A stretch of DNA of 64,000 nucleotides from Candidatus Yanofskybacteria bacterium RIFCSPHIGHO2_01_FULL_44_24 (GCA_001794215.1 MGJK01000011.1:3170-67169); one strand, 5' to 3'; counted from the first letter of the stretch, positions 39,113 through 50,218 are shown. Notes: generated by a model from the sequence alone, not told the origin. Made by a program: numbers and translations.

Positions 39113-39379
39113 TTAAAGATCCAACTCCTGCTTAAGTTTTCTCTTCTGTTCCTCAAATGTATCTTCGTCGTATTTGCCAAGTTTTTCTAATTTTCTCCTT
39201 AATGCGCTTAGATGAAGCCCCATGATAGCGGCGTTCTTCTCCTTTCTCTCGGTTAATTTCTTCTGGCGGTATCGAGAGCTTTTTGCCTTAAGCAAAACTC
39301 CGCTTCTTTGCACGAAACGGTTAAAGCGCCTCATCAGGCTTCCGATGCTTTCGTTTTGTTTTCTTTTGACTTCAACCAT
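39113..39379 (-). CDS. rpsU: 30S ribosomal protein S21 (divergent, extended)
   Basis: VEVKRKQNES..SLMRRF..VQRSGVL; HIT-rpsU-yqeY synteny. Confidence 0.8.
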   Translation of the reverse strand: MVEVKRKQNESIGSLMRRFNRFVQRSGVLLKAKSSRYRQKKLTERKEKNAAIMGLHLSALRRKLEKLGKYDEDTFEEQKRKLKQELDL

Positions 39380-39526
39380 AATGAACCTCCTCTCTCAAAT
39401 AAGAATATCGAATATCGAAATTCTAAACAAATTTCAAATCCGAATTCTCAAAACTTCAAACATTGATATATTTAGAATTTTGAATTTTCGGGCTTTATTT
39501 AGAATTTGGGGTTTAGTATTTCAGAT

Positions 39527-39874
39527 TTACTTTACTATCTTCGGTCCCAGCTTTTTCCCGCCCAATAAATGAATGTGAAAATGGGGCACTAATTTGCCGC
39601 CATCTTCTCCTTCATTAATTATCAGCCTATATCCCTTATCGCCTAAATCAAGATCATGAGCAACCTTGTCGGCAACCATCAAGCCGCGCCCCAACAAACT
39701 TGCATCCTTGTCGGTAACCTCATGAATACTTTCAAAATGCTTTACCGGAATAATAAGCAAATGAACCGGGGCTTGCGGATTAATATCTTTAATAACCCAA
39801 AATTCGGCATCTTTATATACGGCCTCGGCTTTCAGTTCGCCTTTTATAATTTTGCAGAAAATATCGTCAATCAC
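39527..39874 (-). CDS. HIT family nucleotide-binding protein
   Basis: IFCKII, DINPQAPVHLLIIP, HFHIHLLGG. Confidence 0.95.
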   Translation of the reverse strand: MIDDIFCKIIKGELKAEAVYKDAEFWVIKDINPQAPVHLLIIPVKHFESIHEVTDKDASLLGRGLMVADKVAHDLDLGDKGYRLIINEGEDGGKLVPHFHIHLLGGKKLGPKIVK

Positions 39875-39966
39875 AGAAATTAACCTAAGTACCCTAATTG
39901 ACCTAATGTCTAAAAAAACTCCAAGCCTCGAATTCAGATCAATTAGAAATTAGAATAATTAGAAAT

Positions 39967-41250
39967 TTACTTTTTAAGCCTCTTCTTCATCTCATCCACC
40001 ACCTTAGTCAGCAACAAGGTTTCCTGAATGCCGGTATCCATTTCTCTGAGAATAATGGTTCCCTCCAGCGCTTCTTTTTGTCCAAATATAAGGGTGTATT
40101 TTACTCCGAGCCTATGGGCAATTCGCAATTGGGATTTTATGCTGTCCCGGCCGAAAGAAGATTTGACTTCAATACCGGCTTTTCTTAAATTCTCAAACAA
40201 AGCTAAGCTTTTTTTCTTGGCCGCTTCCCCAAGCTGAGCCAAAAAAACCCTGGGCTTAATGCCGATCTCGGGAACCGAAATACCCTTGGCTTTTACTTCC
40301 GAAACAACCCGGTCGATACCCATAGCCCAGCCGGCAGCCGGCGTCTTTGATCCTCCCAGCATATCAATCAATCTATCATAGCGACCGCCGGAAATAACGG
40401 CAGATTGAGCGGTAATGTTTTCTTCAGGCAAAAATTCAAAAACAGTTCTTGTATAGTAGTCGAGCCCTCTGACCAAAGAGGAATCTAATATATACGGCAC
40501 CTTGGTTTCGTCCAAGAACTCAAGAACTCTTTTGAAATGCGTCTTGCAGGTATCGTCCAGAAAATCAATTATCGGCGGGGCTTCCTTATTTACCTCTCTG
40601 CATCCTTCTTCTTTGCAGTCAAGCATTCTAAGAACGTTCTTCTTGAATCTGATCCGGCATTGAGGGCACACTTTTTTTATCTTGTTTTTATAAAAGTCCT
40701 TCAACGCCCTGAGATAAGCGGGGCGACAGCTTTGATCGCCGATACTGTTGATATGCACATTGTATCCGTGAAGACCGACGCTATCCAAAATCTTATAGCC
40801 TAAAAATATCAATTCTGCGTCAACAACTTCCGAAGCGTCTCCTATAGTTTCCAGGCCCAGCTGATAAAACTGGCGGTATCTCCCCTGTTGCGGCTGATCA
40901 TGTCTGAACATCGGACCGATGTAATAAAGCTTGACCGGATGAGGCCTGACATTCATCCCGTTTTCCAGATAAGCCCTTACCGTTGAGGCCGTCCCTTCGG
41001 GACGCAAAGAGATATCATCGCCGCCTTTGGTTTTAAAATTATATATCTCCTTTTCGGCAATATCCGAAGAACTTCCGACGGAACGCAAAAATAATTCCGT
41101 CGGTTCCACTATCGGAGTATCAATTCTTTCAAAACTGTAATCCTCAATCAGAGATTGAGATTTTTTCATCACATGGCGCCAGTATTTTTGATCCTCGGGC
41201 AGAATATCATGCATACCCTTGGGCGCCTGAATTGTTTTCTGTTTTGCCAT
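39967..41250 (-). CDS. hisS: Histidine--tRNA ligase
   Basis: LRPEGTA, FRHDQPQQGRYRQF, LVRGLDYY, GGRYD. Confidence 0.98.
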   Translation of the reverse strand: MAKQKTIQAPKGMHDILPEDQKYWRHVMKKSQSLIEDYSFERIDTPIVEPTELFLRSVGSSSDIAEKEIYNFKTKGGDDISLRPEGTASTVRAYLENGMNVRPHPVKLYYIGPMFRHDQPQQGRYRQFYQLGLETIGDASEVVDAELIFLGYKILDSVGLHGYNVHINSIGDQSCRPAYLRALKDFYKNKIKKVCPQCRIRFKKNVLRMLDCKEEGCREVNKEAPPIIDFLDDTCKTHFKRVLEFLDETKVPYILDSSLVRGLDYYTRTVFEFLPEENITAQSAVISGGRYDRLIDMLGGSKTPAAGWAMGIDRVVSEVKAKGISVPEIGIKPRVFLAQLGEAAKKKSLALFENLRKAGIEVKSSFGRDSIKSQLRIAHRLGVKYTLIFGQKEALEGTIILREMDTGIQETLLLTKVVDEMKKRLKK

Positions 41251-41367
41251 AAATTAACTAAATACTAATATCCCTACCTGCTCGCCTCGCTGAAGCTCCG
41301 GCGAAGCGAGCCGGCAGGCAAGTAAACTCTAAACTTTTAAAACCGCAGATTGTTTTTGATTTTAAAT

Positions 41368-41976
41368 TTAGTAGGAATATTCGACCTCAGAAATCGCTGT
41401 AAACCTCGAGAACGGCCAAGCTCTTAAAAACGCCCGTCCGGTTATAAAATGTTCAGCTAACGGACCCCACCTTCTTGAATCGGAGCTTTGCAGGCGATTA
41501 TCCCCTAAAACATAAAATTCCTTATCCCCTAATTTAACCTTGGAACTGCCCAGGGTTCTTTGATGGCCGTCCAAATAATCCTCTTTCAGATAAAAACCGT
41601 CGGGATACCGCTCGTTATAAATTTTAACTTTGTCGTTAAGAATCTCCACGCTTTCTCCGGGCAAGCCTATGATTCTCTTTATGAAAAATTGAGAGGGATC
41701 CTCGGGGTATCTGAATATTATCACGTCGCCCCTCGCCGGATCTTTGAACCGATAGCTTATCTCGTCAATCAGCAGGTAATCTCCGTCATCAAAACTCGAC
41801 TCCATTGATGCTCCTTTTACAAAAAAAGGCTGTACCAGATAATACCTGATTGGCAGAATTATAGCAAGCGAAATGATCACGACTTTCAGGGCCTCCCAAA
41901 CAACCAAAAAAATGTTATTTTTCGGTTTCATCGGCGTATCTTCTGAATGGTTATCATGGAAATCCTGCTCAGCCAT
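41368..41976 (-). CDS. lepB: Signal peptidase I
   Basis: GASM, FIKRIIGLPGE, GDNR..SSDSR.WG. Confidence 0.96.
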   Translation of the reverse strand: MAEQDFHDNHSEDTPMKPKNNIFLVVWEALKVVIISLAIILPIRYYLVQPFFVKGASMESSFDDGDYLLIDEISYRFKDPARGDVIIFRYPEDPSQFFIKRIIGLPGESVEILNDKVKIYNERYPDGFYLKEDYLDGHQRTLGSSKVKLGDKEFYVLGDNRLQSSDSRRWGPLAEHFITGRAFLRAWPFSRFTAISEVEYSY

Positions 41977-42024
41977 CTATGCATGATAACACGATTTTTA
42001 GCTCATTTCAACCAAAAATGATTC

Positions 42025-42262
42025 TCCCCGGCTACCCGCCTCGCTCGCCTTGGCGTAGCCACGCTACAGCGAAGCCAGGCCGAAGACGTCGAGTCGAGGT
42101 AAGCAGCCGGGGTATCCTATCGGATACCATGAGTCGCATAGCCATTCGGCTATATTTGATTGCGACTCGGAGATACTGTTAGCCCCTCCGTCCCGTTAAG
42201 GCGGGACTACGGGCTTAGCTTCATCCGCGGGCTTACGCCCGCGGTATTCGCCTAAGGGCTAA
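42025..42262. repeat. Cluster of GC-rich nested palindromes (REP-like)
   Basis: CCCCGGCT...AGCCGGGG (42025-42111) and TTAGCCC...GGGCTAA (42179-42262) with internal hairpins. Confidence 0.65.
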
Positions 42263-42291
42263 TAAAAAGCCTCCTACGAAGGAGACTGCTA

Positions 42292-42567
42292 TTACAATAG
42301 ATACTCTTCCAAAAATACTTTCCAGACAGACACCATCCATACAAAAAAATAGATCATTAATACGGCCTGTAACCCTCCCAAAAACAAGACCCCTAATTTA
42401 AGCGCAATTATATTTATACCCTGCCAGAAGCCTTCGTGCTTGGCTATCGCCTTGGCGACAAGGAATAACCATATCGGAGTCATAGCTAAAACCAAGCAAG
42501 TTAAACTTATCAATAAAAGAATTAAAGATGCCCAAAGCTTATTAATCCAAACCACGAGCTTATCCAT
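42292..42567 (-). CDS. Two-TM hypothetical protein
   Basis: GGGGTGG SD-like upstream; hydrophobic. Confidence 0.55.
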   Translation of the reverse strand: MDKLVVWINKLWASLILLLISLTCLVLAMTPIWLFLVAKAIAKHEGFWQGINIIALKLGVLFLGGLQAVLMIYFFVWMVSVWKVFLEEYLL

Positions 42568-42669
42568 TTACCACCCCTTTTTTTAATTGTAAAAAAGCTT
42601 AGTAGCGGTTAATTTACTAAAAACCTTTCAATTAGTCAATTAATCCTGTAGTATATCCTTACGCCTACG

Positions 42670-43233
42670 ATGAAATTGATAATCGGAATCGGAAACCCGG
42701 ATAAAGAATACCAGAACACCCGCCACAATGTCGGGTTTATGCTGTTGGATTACATGACCAAGAAAAGCGACCTTGGAGATTTCAAGCTCGATAAAAAATC
42801 AGATTCTCTTATCGTGAAGGGTAGGCTCGGCAAGTCTTCGGTCGTACTTGCAAAACCGCAGAATTACGTGAATAAATCGGGCGAGGCTGTCTCAAAATTA
42901 ATTAAAAATTTAAAATTGAAAATTGAAAATTTAGCCGTTATCCATGATGATCTCGATATTCCTTTCGGCAATACGAAACTTTCATTGGGGAAAAATTCTG
43001 GAGGACACAAGGGAGTGGAATCAATTATGAGAGCGGTCAAAACGAAAGACTTCTACCGTCTCAGAATCGGTACGGCCAAAAGAGCTCTCGATAACGCCCG
43101 CGACCAATCAGACAAGAAACGCGATGAATTTGTCAGAAACTTCGTCCTCTCAAAGTTCTCCCCTTCCGAACAGGATGAGCTTAAGAAAATCTTCAAAGAA
43201 GGGTACGAGAAACTATTGGGAATTATAAATTAG
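42670..43233 (+). CDS. pth: Peptidyl-tRNA hydrolase
   Basis: GIGNP..Y.NTRHNVGF, HDDLD, GGHKG, RLRIG. Confidence 0.96.
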   Translation: MKLIIGIGNPDKEYQNTRHNVGFMLLDYMTKKSDLGDFKLDKKSDSLIVKGRLGKSSVVLAKPQNYVNKSGEAVSKLIKNLKLKIENLAVIHDDLDIPFGNTKLSLGKNSGGHKGVESIMRAVKTKDFYRLRIGTAKRALDNARDQSDKKRDEFVRNFVLSKFSPSEQDELKKIFKEGYEKLLGIIN

Positions 43234-43242
43234 GCTTGCCCT

Positions 43243-43278
43243 AAACAAAAATCGCCCTATCGGGGGCGATTTTTGTTT
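43243..43278. terminator. Bidirectional terminator
   Basis: AAACAAAAATCGCCC-TATCGG-GGGCGATTTTTGTTT between convergent genes. Confidence 0.7.
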
Positions 43279-43289
43279 GGGACAATTAC

Positions 43290-43979
43290 TTACTCCCCTA
43301 TTTTCTTTCGAAGATTGGCTACCAATTCTTCCGCATGCTTGACTCCGCCGAGGCCAAAGGCCAAACCAAAGGCCAAAGCGCTTCCGGCCACACCTCCGAT
43401 AATCACTATTCTGATTACGTCGTCGGCAACCTTAAGCTGAGACAGGGCGATCAGTAAAGCAAAGACGAAGATAGACCATTTGGTAATAGCACCAAGCAAG
43501 TTAGCCGAAACTAAACCTGCCGCCTTTACCGAACCTTTAACTAATCCTTCCAAGAACTTGGCGACTAAAATACCGATCAGTAGGATAACTGCGGCAATTA
43601 TCACATTCGGTATATATAGAACGACAGTCCTCAGAAACTCGCTCACCTGGTTAAGCCCTAAAATATTACTGGCGGCCATCAGAAAGACCACGATAAAAAA
43701 CCATTTGATCAGTTCGTTGAAAAATTTAGCGCTATCTAATCTTAAGCCGCTCCTTTCCCAGGCTCGCCTGAAGCCTACTCGAGCAAGTGCATTGTCAATA
43801 TGGAGGACTCTCACTACATGGCCGGCAACCTGTCCAAGAACGATGGCTATAAGCCAGCCAACGAGAAAAACAACTAAAGCCGCGATAAGGCGCGGGGCAA
43901 AACCTGCCACATTTGACCACATGGTCAAAAGCGAAGAGCCCACGATATCCGAAGCGGCTGTTACCTCAAAAAACATCAT
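43290..43979 (-). CDS. TM-helix-repeat membrane protein (CmpX/small mechanosensitive channel-like)
   Basis: P.LIAALVVFLVGW and YIPNVIIAAVILLIG repeats, ALAFGLAFGLGG. Confidence 0.85.
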   Translation of the reverse strand: MMFFEVTAASDIVGSSLLTMWSNVAGFAPRLIAALVVFLVGWLIAIVLGQVAGHVVRVLHIDNALARVGFRRAWERSGLRLDSAKFFNELIKWFFIVVFLMAASNILGLNQVSEFLRTVVLYIPNVIIAAVILLIGILVAKFLEGLVKGSVKAAGLVSANLLGAITKWSIFVFALLIALSQLKVADDVIRIVIIGGVAGSALAFGLAFGLGGVKHAEELVANLRKKIGE

Positions 43980-44055
43980 AAAAGCACCTCCGTTCCATGA
44001 ATATATCTTAACATCTATCGGTAGGGTATGCAGAAGGCGTGTGGATAATTAAAAA

Positions 44056-46065
44056 CTAAACGAGAAATTGAGCTATGAGCAAAGCAACAATATTAGCTAC
44101 TTTAATCATCGGATTAATTGCCGGACCGGCGGTATCTTTGTACGGATCCCCTACCGTATCTCCTGTAACAGCCGCTTTATGGGCATCTGATCCTTTTCCG
44201 CCATAATTCCCTTCTTCAATGTATTTCTTCGCATTATCCCAAGCCGCACCGCCGGATGTCATGGAAATCGCGACAAACAATCCGGTGATAATCACTCCGA
44301 CAAGAAGACCGCCAAGCGCTTCAGGACCCAAGATAAATCCAACCGCTACGGGAAAGGCTATCGGAATCAAGGCCGGAAGTATCATCTCTTTTATAGCCGC
44401 CTTGGTGACTATATCAACTGCTCTTCCGTAATCGGGCTTTCCGGTACCTGCCATAATTCCGGGAATTTCCCGAAACTGCCTTCGAACTTCGTCAACGATG
44501 GCCGATCCGGCTCGGCTTACCGCCTGCATCGCCATTGATCCGAAGAGGTAAGGCATCATTCCTCCGACAAACAGACCGAGTAAAACTCTCACGTCCTGCA
44601 GTTCAAAGAATACATTTCTTCCAAGATCAGCTAATTCTTGAGTATAAGCGGCAAAAAGAACCATGGCCGCCAATCCGGCAGACGCAATCGCGTATCCCTT
44701 GGTTACGGCTTTGGTCGTGTTGCCGACGGCATCTAAGGCATCCGTAGATTCCCTGACCGAGTCAGAAAGTCCGGCCATTTCAGCGATTCCTCCGGCATTA
44801 TCGGTGATCGGACCAAAGGCATCGATGGCAACGATAATCCCCGTCAAAGAAAGCATGCTCATCGTCGCTAATGCAATACCGTATAAGCCCATGAACCAGT
44901 AGGCTCCGAACATTGCCGCTCCGATCACCACGACAGGCAAGGCGGTCGACTGCATGGATACGGCCAGTCCCATAATTATATTCGTGCCATGACCGGTCGT
45001 TGAGGATTTAGCGATTGATTTTACGGGACCGAATTTTTTGGAAGTATAGTAATCAGTAATCAATACCATCAAACCGGTGACCCCTAACCCGATCAATAAA
45101 GCCCACAAAACATTCCACGAAGAGACAAGTCCTCCGGACAGTTCGGCTAAATTTTTTACATAATCAACTTTTTGGGTAATAAGCAGGAATAATCCGGCCG
45201 ATATTGCGCCGGTAATTCCCAAGCCCTTATAAAGAGCGCCCATGATTCCGCCCTTGCCCAATCTTACAAAAAACGATCCAGCTATTGATGCGAGTATCGA
45301 TACGGCTCCGATCAAAAGTGGAAGCTCAACGAATCCGGGAACGGACGGAATTAGAAGATGGCCCAAAAGCATTACCGAAATCGCCGAAACGACATAAGTT
45401 TCAAACAAATCCGCGGCCATACCGGCATCATCTCCGACATTGTCCCCGACAAGATCCGCTATCACTGCCGGATTTCGAGGATCATCTTCGGGAATACCGG
45501 CCTCAACCTTTCCGACTAAATCTGCACCAACATCCGCTCCCTTAGTAAATATGCCTCCGCCCAAACGGGCAAACACAGATATTAAAGAAGCTCCGAATCC
45601 AAGACCGATGAGGGCTTTTATGTCGTTAGTAAGCCAATAAAATACAGTAACAGATAAAAGGGCAAGTCCTACTACAAAAAATCCGGTAACCGCTCCGCCC
45701 TTATAGCCGAGACTGAAAGCCGGCGCCAAGCCGTTCTTGGCCTCTTCGGCAACCCGCGCATTAGCTCTGACGGATACGATCATACCGGCATATCCGGCTA
45801 AGGCCGAAGCAACCGCTCCCACCACAAATCCCATAGAAACGAACCTTCCCAACCAAAGAGACAAAATAACCGCCACCACCAAGCCCACCCCGAAAACAGT
45901 TTTATTCTGTCTCTTAAGATAGGCCTCTGCACCCTCTTGGATTGCCTTCTGGATGGACTGCATCTTGTCATCGCCGGCGCTCTTTTTTAAAATTTCCCAA
46001 ATCAAAAACGCTCCATATCCCAATGAGGCCAATGAGGCCGCTAAGGCAAGCCATAGAGTATTCAT
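44056..46065 (-). CDS. hppA: Membrane ion-translocating pyrophosphatase, K+-independent H+-type signature
   Basis: [47 protein letters not shown]. Confidence 0.96.
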   Translation of the reverse strand: MNTLWLALAASLASLGYGAFLIWEILKKSAGDDKMQSIQKAIQEGAEAYLKRQNKTVFGVGLVVAVILSLWLGRFVSMGFVVGAVASALAGYAGMIVSVRANARVAEEAKNGLAPAFSLGYKGGAVTGFFVVGLALLSVTVFYWLTNDIKALIGLGFGASLISVFARLGGGIFTKGADVGADLVGKVEAGIPEDDPRNPAVIADLVGDNVGDDAGMAADLFETYVVSAISVMLLGHLLIPSVPGFVELPLLIGAVSILASIAGSFFVRLGKGGIMGALYKGLGITGAISAGLFLLITQKVDYVKNLAELSGGLVSSWNVLWALLIGLGVTGLMVLITDYYTSKKFGPVKSIAKSSTTGHGTNIIMGLAVSMQSTALPVVVIGAAMFGAYWFMGLYGIALATMSMLSLTGIIVAIDAFGPITDNAGGIAEMAGLSDSVRESTDALDAVGNTTKAVTKGYAIASAGLAAMVLFAAYTQELADLGRNVFFELQDVRVLLGLFVGGMMPYLFGSMAMQAVSRAGSAIVDEVRRQFREIPGIMAGTGKPDYGRAVDIVTKAAIKEMILPALIPIAFPVAVGFILGPEALGGLLVGVIITGLFVAISMTSGGAAWDNAKKYIEEGNYGGKGSDAHKAAVTGDTVGDPYKDTAGPAINPMIKVANIVALLIAQFLV

Positions 46066-46249
46066 TGCGAGAGTAACCAATTTTCATTTTTCAATTTTCA
46101 AAATTTTTTTGAAAATCAATAACTGAAAATCGGGTAAAAATTAACTTAGAAATTATATCGGATTTATGAAATAAGTTCAAGGAAAGCTCTAACTCTTATA
46201 TGGGCCCGGTCTAAGACAAATTAAAAGCCCCGCATAGGGGCCGATTAAC

Positions 46250-47173
46250 TTACTTCTTCACCACCGGAGCGCCGGGCTTGGTCACATCCATCGTACCGAC
46301 GATGGGAACGCCCATCGGGCCTACGGGAATGTAGACGACCGTGTTGTTGGGTGAATTCACCATCAGCTTCTGGGCCTCGATGGCTTCATGCTGGAGATAC
46401 TGACCGGTCAGCTGCTGCTGGATGATAGCCATAGCCTGAGCAATGCCCTGAGCCTGAATTACACGCTTTTCTTTGTCTTTTTTCTCGATCTCGATTTCCG
46501 TAGTTTTCCTCTCAAGAAGCTGGGTGGTAGCTAACTTATTGGCCACGGCATCAGAGACCTCCTGGGGATATTGGATATTCCCCACAACAACGCTCGAAAG
46601 CTCAAATGGAGTCTTGTCGGTAATCGCCCTGATTCGCTTCTCAATCGCCTGGCCGATGGAGGTAATGTTATCCTTTACCTCGAGACCATTATGCTTCTGA
46701 ACTTCATCTCGCGAGAAAGTCCTAAGAGGTTCCTTGATAAAGTTGCCGTAGGCAACCCTTACGATTTCATCGGGATGTTCCGGATCTCCCTGGCCGTTTC
46801 CGAGATAAGAAAAGTTATCCATAAAATCCTGAACCCGATCGGGTCTCATTTTGAAAACGGTATGCACCCGGAAGGAAAGTTTCAGATTGTCTTTGGAAAG
46901 AACCGAATCTTCCTTCATGAAGTCTTCCGTGTAGGTATAGGGGGTTACGCTGACGTTGGTAACATCAAGGAGCCATCCCCGGCCGGTTGAAGTCGGTCCG
47001 GTCTGAAGTTTGACAAATTGAGCCTTGCCGAAAACAGCTCCTCGAGTAACATATCCAACATAGCCTGCCGGGGTATGAGGATTTGAAGAACCGACCAGCC
47101 AGACAACGACTGAAAGAACTACCAGTCCGCCCAAAACACCTGCAACAATTCTTGCTGTCCAGTTGCGTTCCAT
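46250..47173 (-). CDS. SPFH/band 7 domain protein
   Basis: N-terminal TM, VVVGNIQYP, coiled coil, VVYIP tail; GGAG upstream of ATG 47173. Confidence 0.8.
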   Translation of the reverse strand: MERNWTARIVAGVLGGLVVLSVVVWLVGSSNPHTPAGYVGYVTRGAVFGKAQFVKLQTGPTSTGRGWLLDVTNVSVTPYTYTEDFMKEDSVLSKDNLKLSFRVHTVFKMRPDRVQDFMDNFSYLGNGQGDPEHPDEIVRVAYGNFIKEPLRTFSRDEVQKHNGLEVKDNITSIGQAIEKRIRAITDKTPFELSSVVVGNIQYPQEVSDAVANKLATTQLLERKTTEIEIEKKDKEKRVIQAQGIAQAMAIIQQQLTGQYLQHEAIEAQKLMVNSPNNTVVYIPVGPMGVPIVGTMDVTKPGAPVVKK

Positions 47174-47294
47174 TTCCACTCTCCTTTTTTCAAAGAAAGG
47201 CTGATTGTCCAGCCTGGATATGATTATACACAAAAAATCCTAATTGTCAAAACAAAAACCCCTTGCGGGGCGTCTGAAAGAGGTGGGGGGTCGG

Positions 47295-47879
47295 TTACTT
47301 TTTATCGTCGTTTTTTTTGTATTCTTCTCCCCGCACCACAATCAATCGCTCCAGATACAGTAACCCCTTTACTTTTTTATCGCCTTCTAATTTTTCGACG
47401 GCCGTTCTGAGTTTATCTATGTCAAAAGTAAATGAATCGGGCGTATCTACGTATACTAAATTGCCGCTCTGATCATACATAAAGTTATTAAAAAAACCGT
47501 CTAAGTTGGCGCCTGTTTCTGCATATATTTTATACCGTAGACCGTGGATCTCGGCATCCTTCTCTTTACCATCCTTAAAATATTCATTTTTTCTTCCCCG
47601 AACACCCGCCCTAACTCTTTTATTGATAGTGGCATTCGGATCTGAAAATGATCCGTGAATATCCCTTATATTATCCGGATATAAAAGATGCAGGATTTTA
47701 GACAGGTAGAACCGGCCTCGAGCTTGATTTGCTAAATATCTTTTGTCGTCATCTGTCTCTCCCTGGTATTCAAAAGCTCCGATGACTCTTTCGGGATTAT
47801 CTTTATCTTCGTATACTTTGCGCTCTCCCCCTTCTCCTAATTTCCTTCCTGTCTTGATTTTGAGCTTATCAATGCCCAT
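47295..47879 (-). CDS. Hypothetical protein, kinase-like motifs
   Basis: LGEGGERKVY Gly-rich loop and NF..D...LVYVD. Confidence 0.6.
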   Translation of the reverse strand: MGIDKLKIKTGRKLGEGGERKVYEDKDNPERVIGAFEYQGETDDDKRYLANQARGRFYLSKILHLLYPDNIRDIHGSFSDPNATINKRVRAGVRGRKNEYFKDGKEKDAEIHGLRYKIYAETGANLDGFFNNFMYDQSGNLVYVDTPDSFTFDIDKLRTAVEKLEGDKKVKGLLYLERLIVVRGEEYKKNDDKK

Positions 47880-47883
47880 TAGA

Positions 47884-48909
47884 TTAAATCTTAGGCGATT
47901 CTATTTTCCCGGCATCGGCGCTGTCGCCTATCTCAACGACATTCTTCACCCTATCCACCATAAGAGAAAGGCGTTTTTCTGAGTCATCATAAGCTGATTT
48001 GGAATCTGAGATATGCTTGCCGAGTTTTCTAAAGTTTTCCGATAATTTCTCTCCGTCAGTAGAAATCTGGGCTAAGCGCTTGATAATATCCTTGGTCTGC
48101 TTGCTGAACTGAACGTCTTTGAACCAATGCATAATGGCTGATATAGAAAGAGCAAAAGTATTGGGTGAAACCATGAAAACCTTCTTACTGCGGGCATAGT
48201 TGGGTATGTCGGCGTCCTTCACATTATTAATCAGCTCGTAATACACTGTCTCGGCCGGTATATACATAAGGGCCAGATCAGCCGTTCCTTCTGACGGCAG
48301 GATATACTTGGATGATATTTCATCGACTTTCTTTTTGACATCCGAGAAGAAGGCCTTACGAAAAACCTCTTTGTTTATTTCATTATCCGCGTTAACCATT
48401 TTCTCAAAATTTTCCCAGTTAAACTTGGCATCTATCGGTAAAATAATTCCATTCGGCAGTTTCAAAATTGCATCTACCGCCTCGCCCGATTTGAAATAAT
48501 ATTGTATTTCATATAAATCCTTCGCAAAGTACTGAGACAGCGCCGCCTCAAGAGACATTTCACCCCATATACCCCGAAGCTTGGGCGATTTAAAAATATT
48601 CTGAAAAGAGGAAACATCTCTGACGGATTCGTGAACACGCTTTAAATTTTCCTGAAGCATGGTGATCCCCTGAGTAAAACCGTGCACTTGCTGATGTACG
48701 CTCAGGGTGGCCCTTTCGGCCGCCTGGCGGTTTCTCTCAAGCTGTTCGTTGATAAGATTGGAGAATGAGTCGAGTCTTTGATGCAGGACGGCGTATTCAT
48801 TCACGTTTTCCTTTTTTCTCGATTTTAAAAGATAGTAGAGATTGATTACGAGAGTAACCAAAACCGCTCCGGAAACGATAATGGATAGGATTACGATGGG
48901 GTTAGTCAT
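47884..48909 (-). CDS. rmuC: DNA recombination protein RmuC
   Basis: PKLRGIWGE, PIDAKF, KYILP, MYIPAE, VSPNT. Confidence 0.94.
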   Translation of the reverse strand: MTNPIVILSIIVSGAVLVTLVINLYYLLKSRKKENVNEYAVLHQRLDSFSNLINEQLERNRQAAERATLSVHQQVHGFTQGITMLQENLKRVHESVRDVSSFQNIFKSPKLRGIWGEMSLEAALSQYFAKDLYEIQYYFKSGEAVDAILKLPNGIILPIDAKFNWENFEKMVNADNEINKEVFRKAFFSDVKKKVDEISSKYILPSEGTADLALMYIPAETVYYELINNVKDADIPNYARSKKVFMVSPNTFALSISAIMHWFKDVQFSKQTKDIIKRLAQISTDGEKLSENFRKLGKHISDSKSAYDDSEKRLSLMVDRVKNVVEIGDSADAGKIESPKI

Positions 48910-49093
48910 GATTAGAGTATATAATATTATGTTGTTGCGGTTAAGGCAACCTGTCCGTTCGTTCGAAATTTGGGAACGGAGAGCTCATATCGCTACGATC
49001 GACAGGACCGCCCATTCCAAGCCTGTGGATTATATAAATAGACAGATCCCAATTAATATAGTAGAATTTAATCAAATAAACTAATTAACTAAC

Positions 49094-49465
49094 ATGTATA
49101 AATATATACGCGATCGTTTCGGTGTTGTACCCCTAATGGCCATCGGCTTAGTCATCGCCGTAGGTGGAGTCTTGATCCTCCAGAACAGTGTATCGGTTAG
49201 AGTTAATCTGGGCTCGGCCGAGTATGAATACTACGAAGGCGATGGCGCTCCTTGCGCAAAATTTTCCGATAATCCGTATTACTGTGGAGGTCAAAACATA
49301 GGCGATAAATGTACGTATGAGAGCGGGTGGCTTTGGTGGAAAAAGACTAACAGTGGTACCTGTCAGCAAGAGGACGGTAAACAAAATACTGACAGACAGC
49401 CAATTTGTTATTGCAAAACCGGTACGGAAGAAGATTCAGATTCAGGATACGATCTGTACGAATAG
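49094..49465 (+). CDS. Membrane-anchored Cys-rich exported protein
   Basis: N-terminal TM and 6 Cys. Confidence 0.6.
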   Translation: MYKYIRDRFGVVPLMAIGLVIAVGGVLILQNSVSVRVNLGSAEYEYYEGDGAPCAKFSDNPYYCGGQNIGDKCTYESGWLWWKKTNSGTCQQEDGKQNTDRQPICYCKTGTEEDSDSGYDLYE

Positions 49466-49478
49466 CAGTCTCCTCTTA

Positions 49479-49517
49479 TCAATTTAAAACACCCCTCGCG
49501 GGGTGTTTTAAATTGAT
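49479..49517. terminator. Intrinsic terminator
   Basis: ATCAATTTAAAACACCCC-TCGC-GGGGTGTTTTAAATTGAT. Confidence 0.7.
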
Positions 49518-49574
49518 TTTCCATCATCAATGTTTTAAAATATCGCAAGCACATTTATAACTGCGGGGTAATGA

Positions 49575-50192
49575 GTGAGGAGCGGTCGGACAGACAAAGA
49601 CCGCTTCTGGGCGGTCTTTGTAATCAATCTGATTATCTTCATAGCTGAACTGCTCGTCGGTCTTTATTCGGGAAGCCTGACGATGCTATCGGACAGCTTC
49701 CATCTTTCCATTCACGTCATAGCGTCGATAGTCGCCCTGATATCGGAGTATGGCTTTCTTGGCCTTCCGCAGGAGAAAACTAAGAAATGGTCAGCGGCAG
49801 TTAATATTTTTCTATTCTTCATTCTTGCCCTTGTTATCGGCAATGAGGCATGGGAAAGACTTCTCAACCCTAAGGCAGTCAACATAACAATAGTTTTCTT
49901 TTTGGTCGGTATCGCCGGATTATTGGCTAACTGGTATACAGTTAAGGTCTTAGAGAGCAGTCCCGATGAAGAATTCTCAGAAAATAGAGATATCCTATTT
50001 TGGGAAATGATTTATGACTACGTAAGCTCGATCATACTGATAGCCTGCGCCGTGATCATATATTTCACCGGCTGGTACATACTCGACCCGATCTTATCGA
50101 TCGTCCTCGCTCTGACGATGGTCTTTAAAGCAGTGCAGATGTCTTTGAGATTCCGCAGTATCCATCATGGACACGGTCCTCACCGCCACTGA
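49575..50192 (+). CDS. Cation diffusion facilitator (TM domain only)
   Basis: SGSL..LSDSFH, LDPILSI, His-rich tail; lacks cytosolic dimerisation domain. Confidence 0.85.
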   Translation: MRSGRTDKDRFWAVFVINLIIFIAELLVGLYSGSLTMLSDSFHLSIHVIASIVALISEYGFLGLPQEKTKKWSAAVNIFLFFILALVIGNEAWERLLNPKAVNITIVFFLVGIAGLLANWYTVKVLESSPDEEFSENRDILFWEMIYDYVSSIILIACAVIIYFTGWYILDPILSIVLALTMVFKAVQMSLRFRSIHHGHGPHRH

Positions 50193-50218
50193 CAAAAACC
50201 TCGCAATCGCGAGGTTTT

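Noticed and set aside
42179-42262. IS200/IS605 element suggested by a TTCATCC-GCGGGCT..GCCCGCGG end-like hairpin
   Set aside because: No tnpA or tnpB ORF nearby; kept only as a palindromic repeat.
35169-49031. Replication origin from DnaA-like boxes (35169, 36609, 44040, 49023)
   Set aside because: Boxes are single and scattered, with no cluster, no obvious DUE and no dnaA/dnaN in the window.
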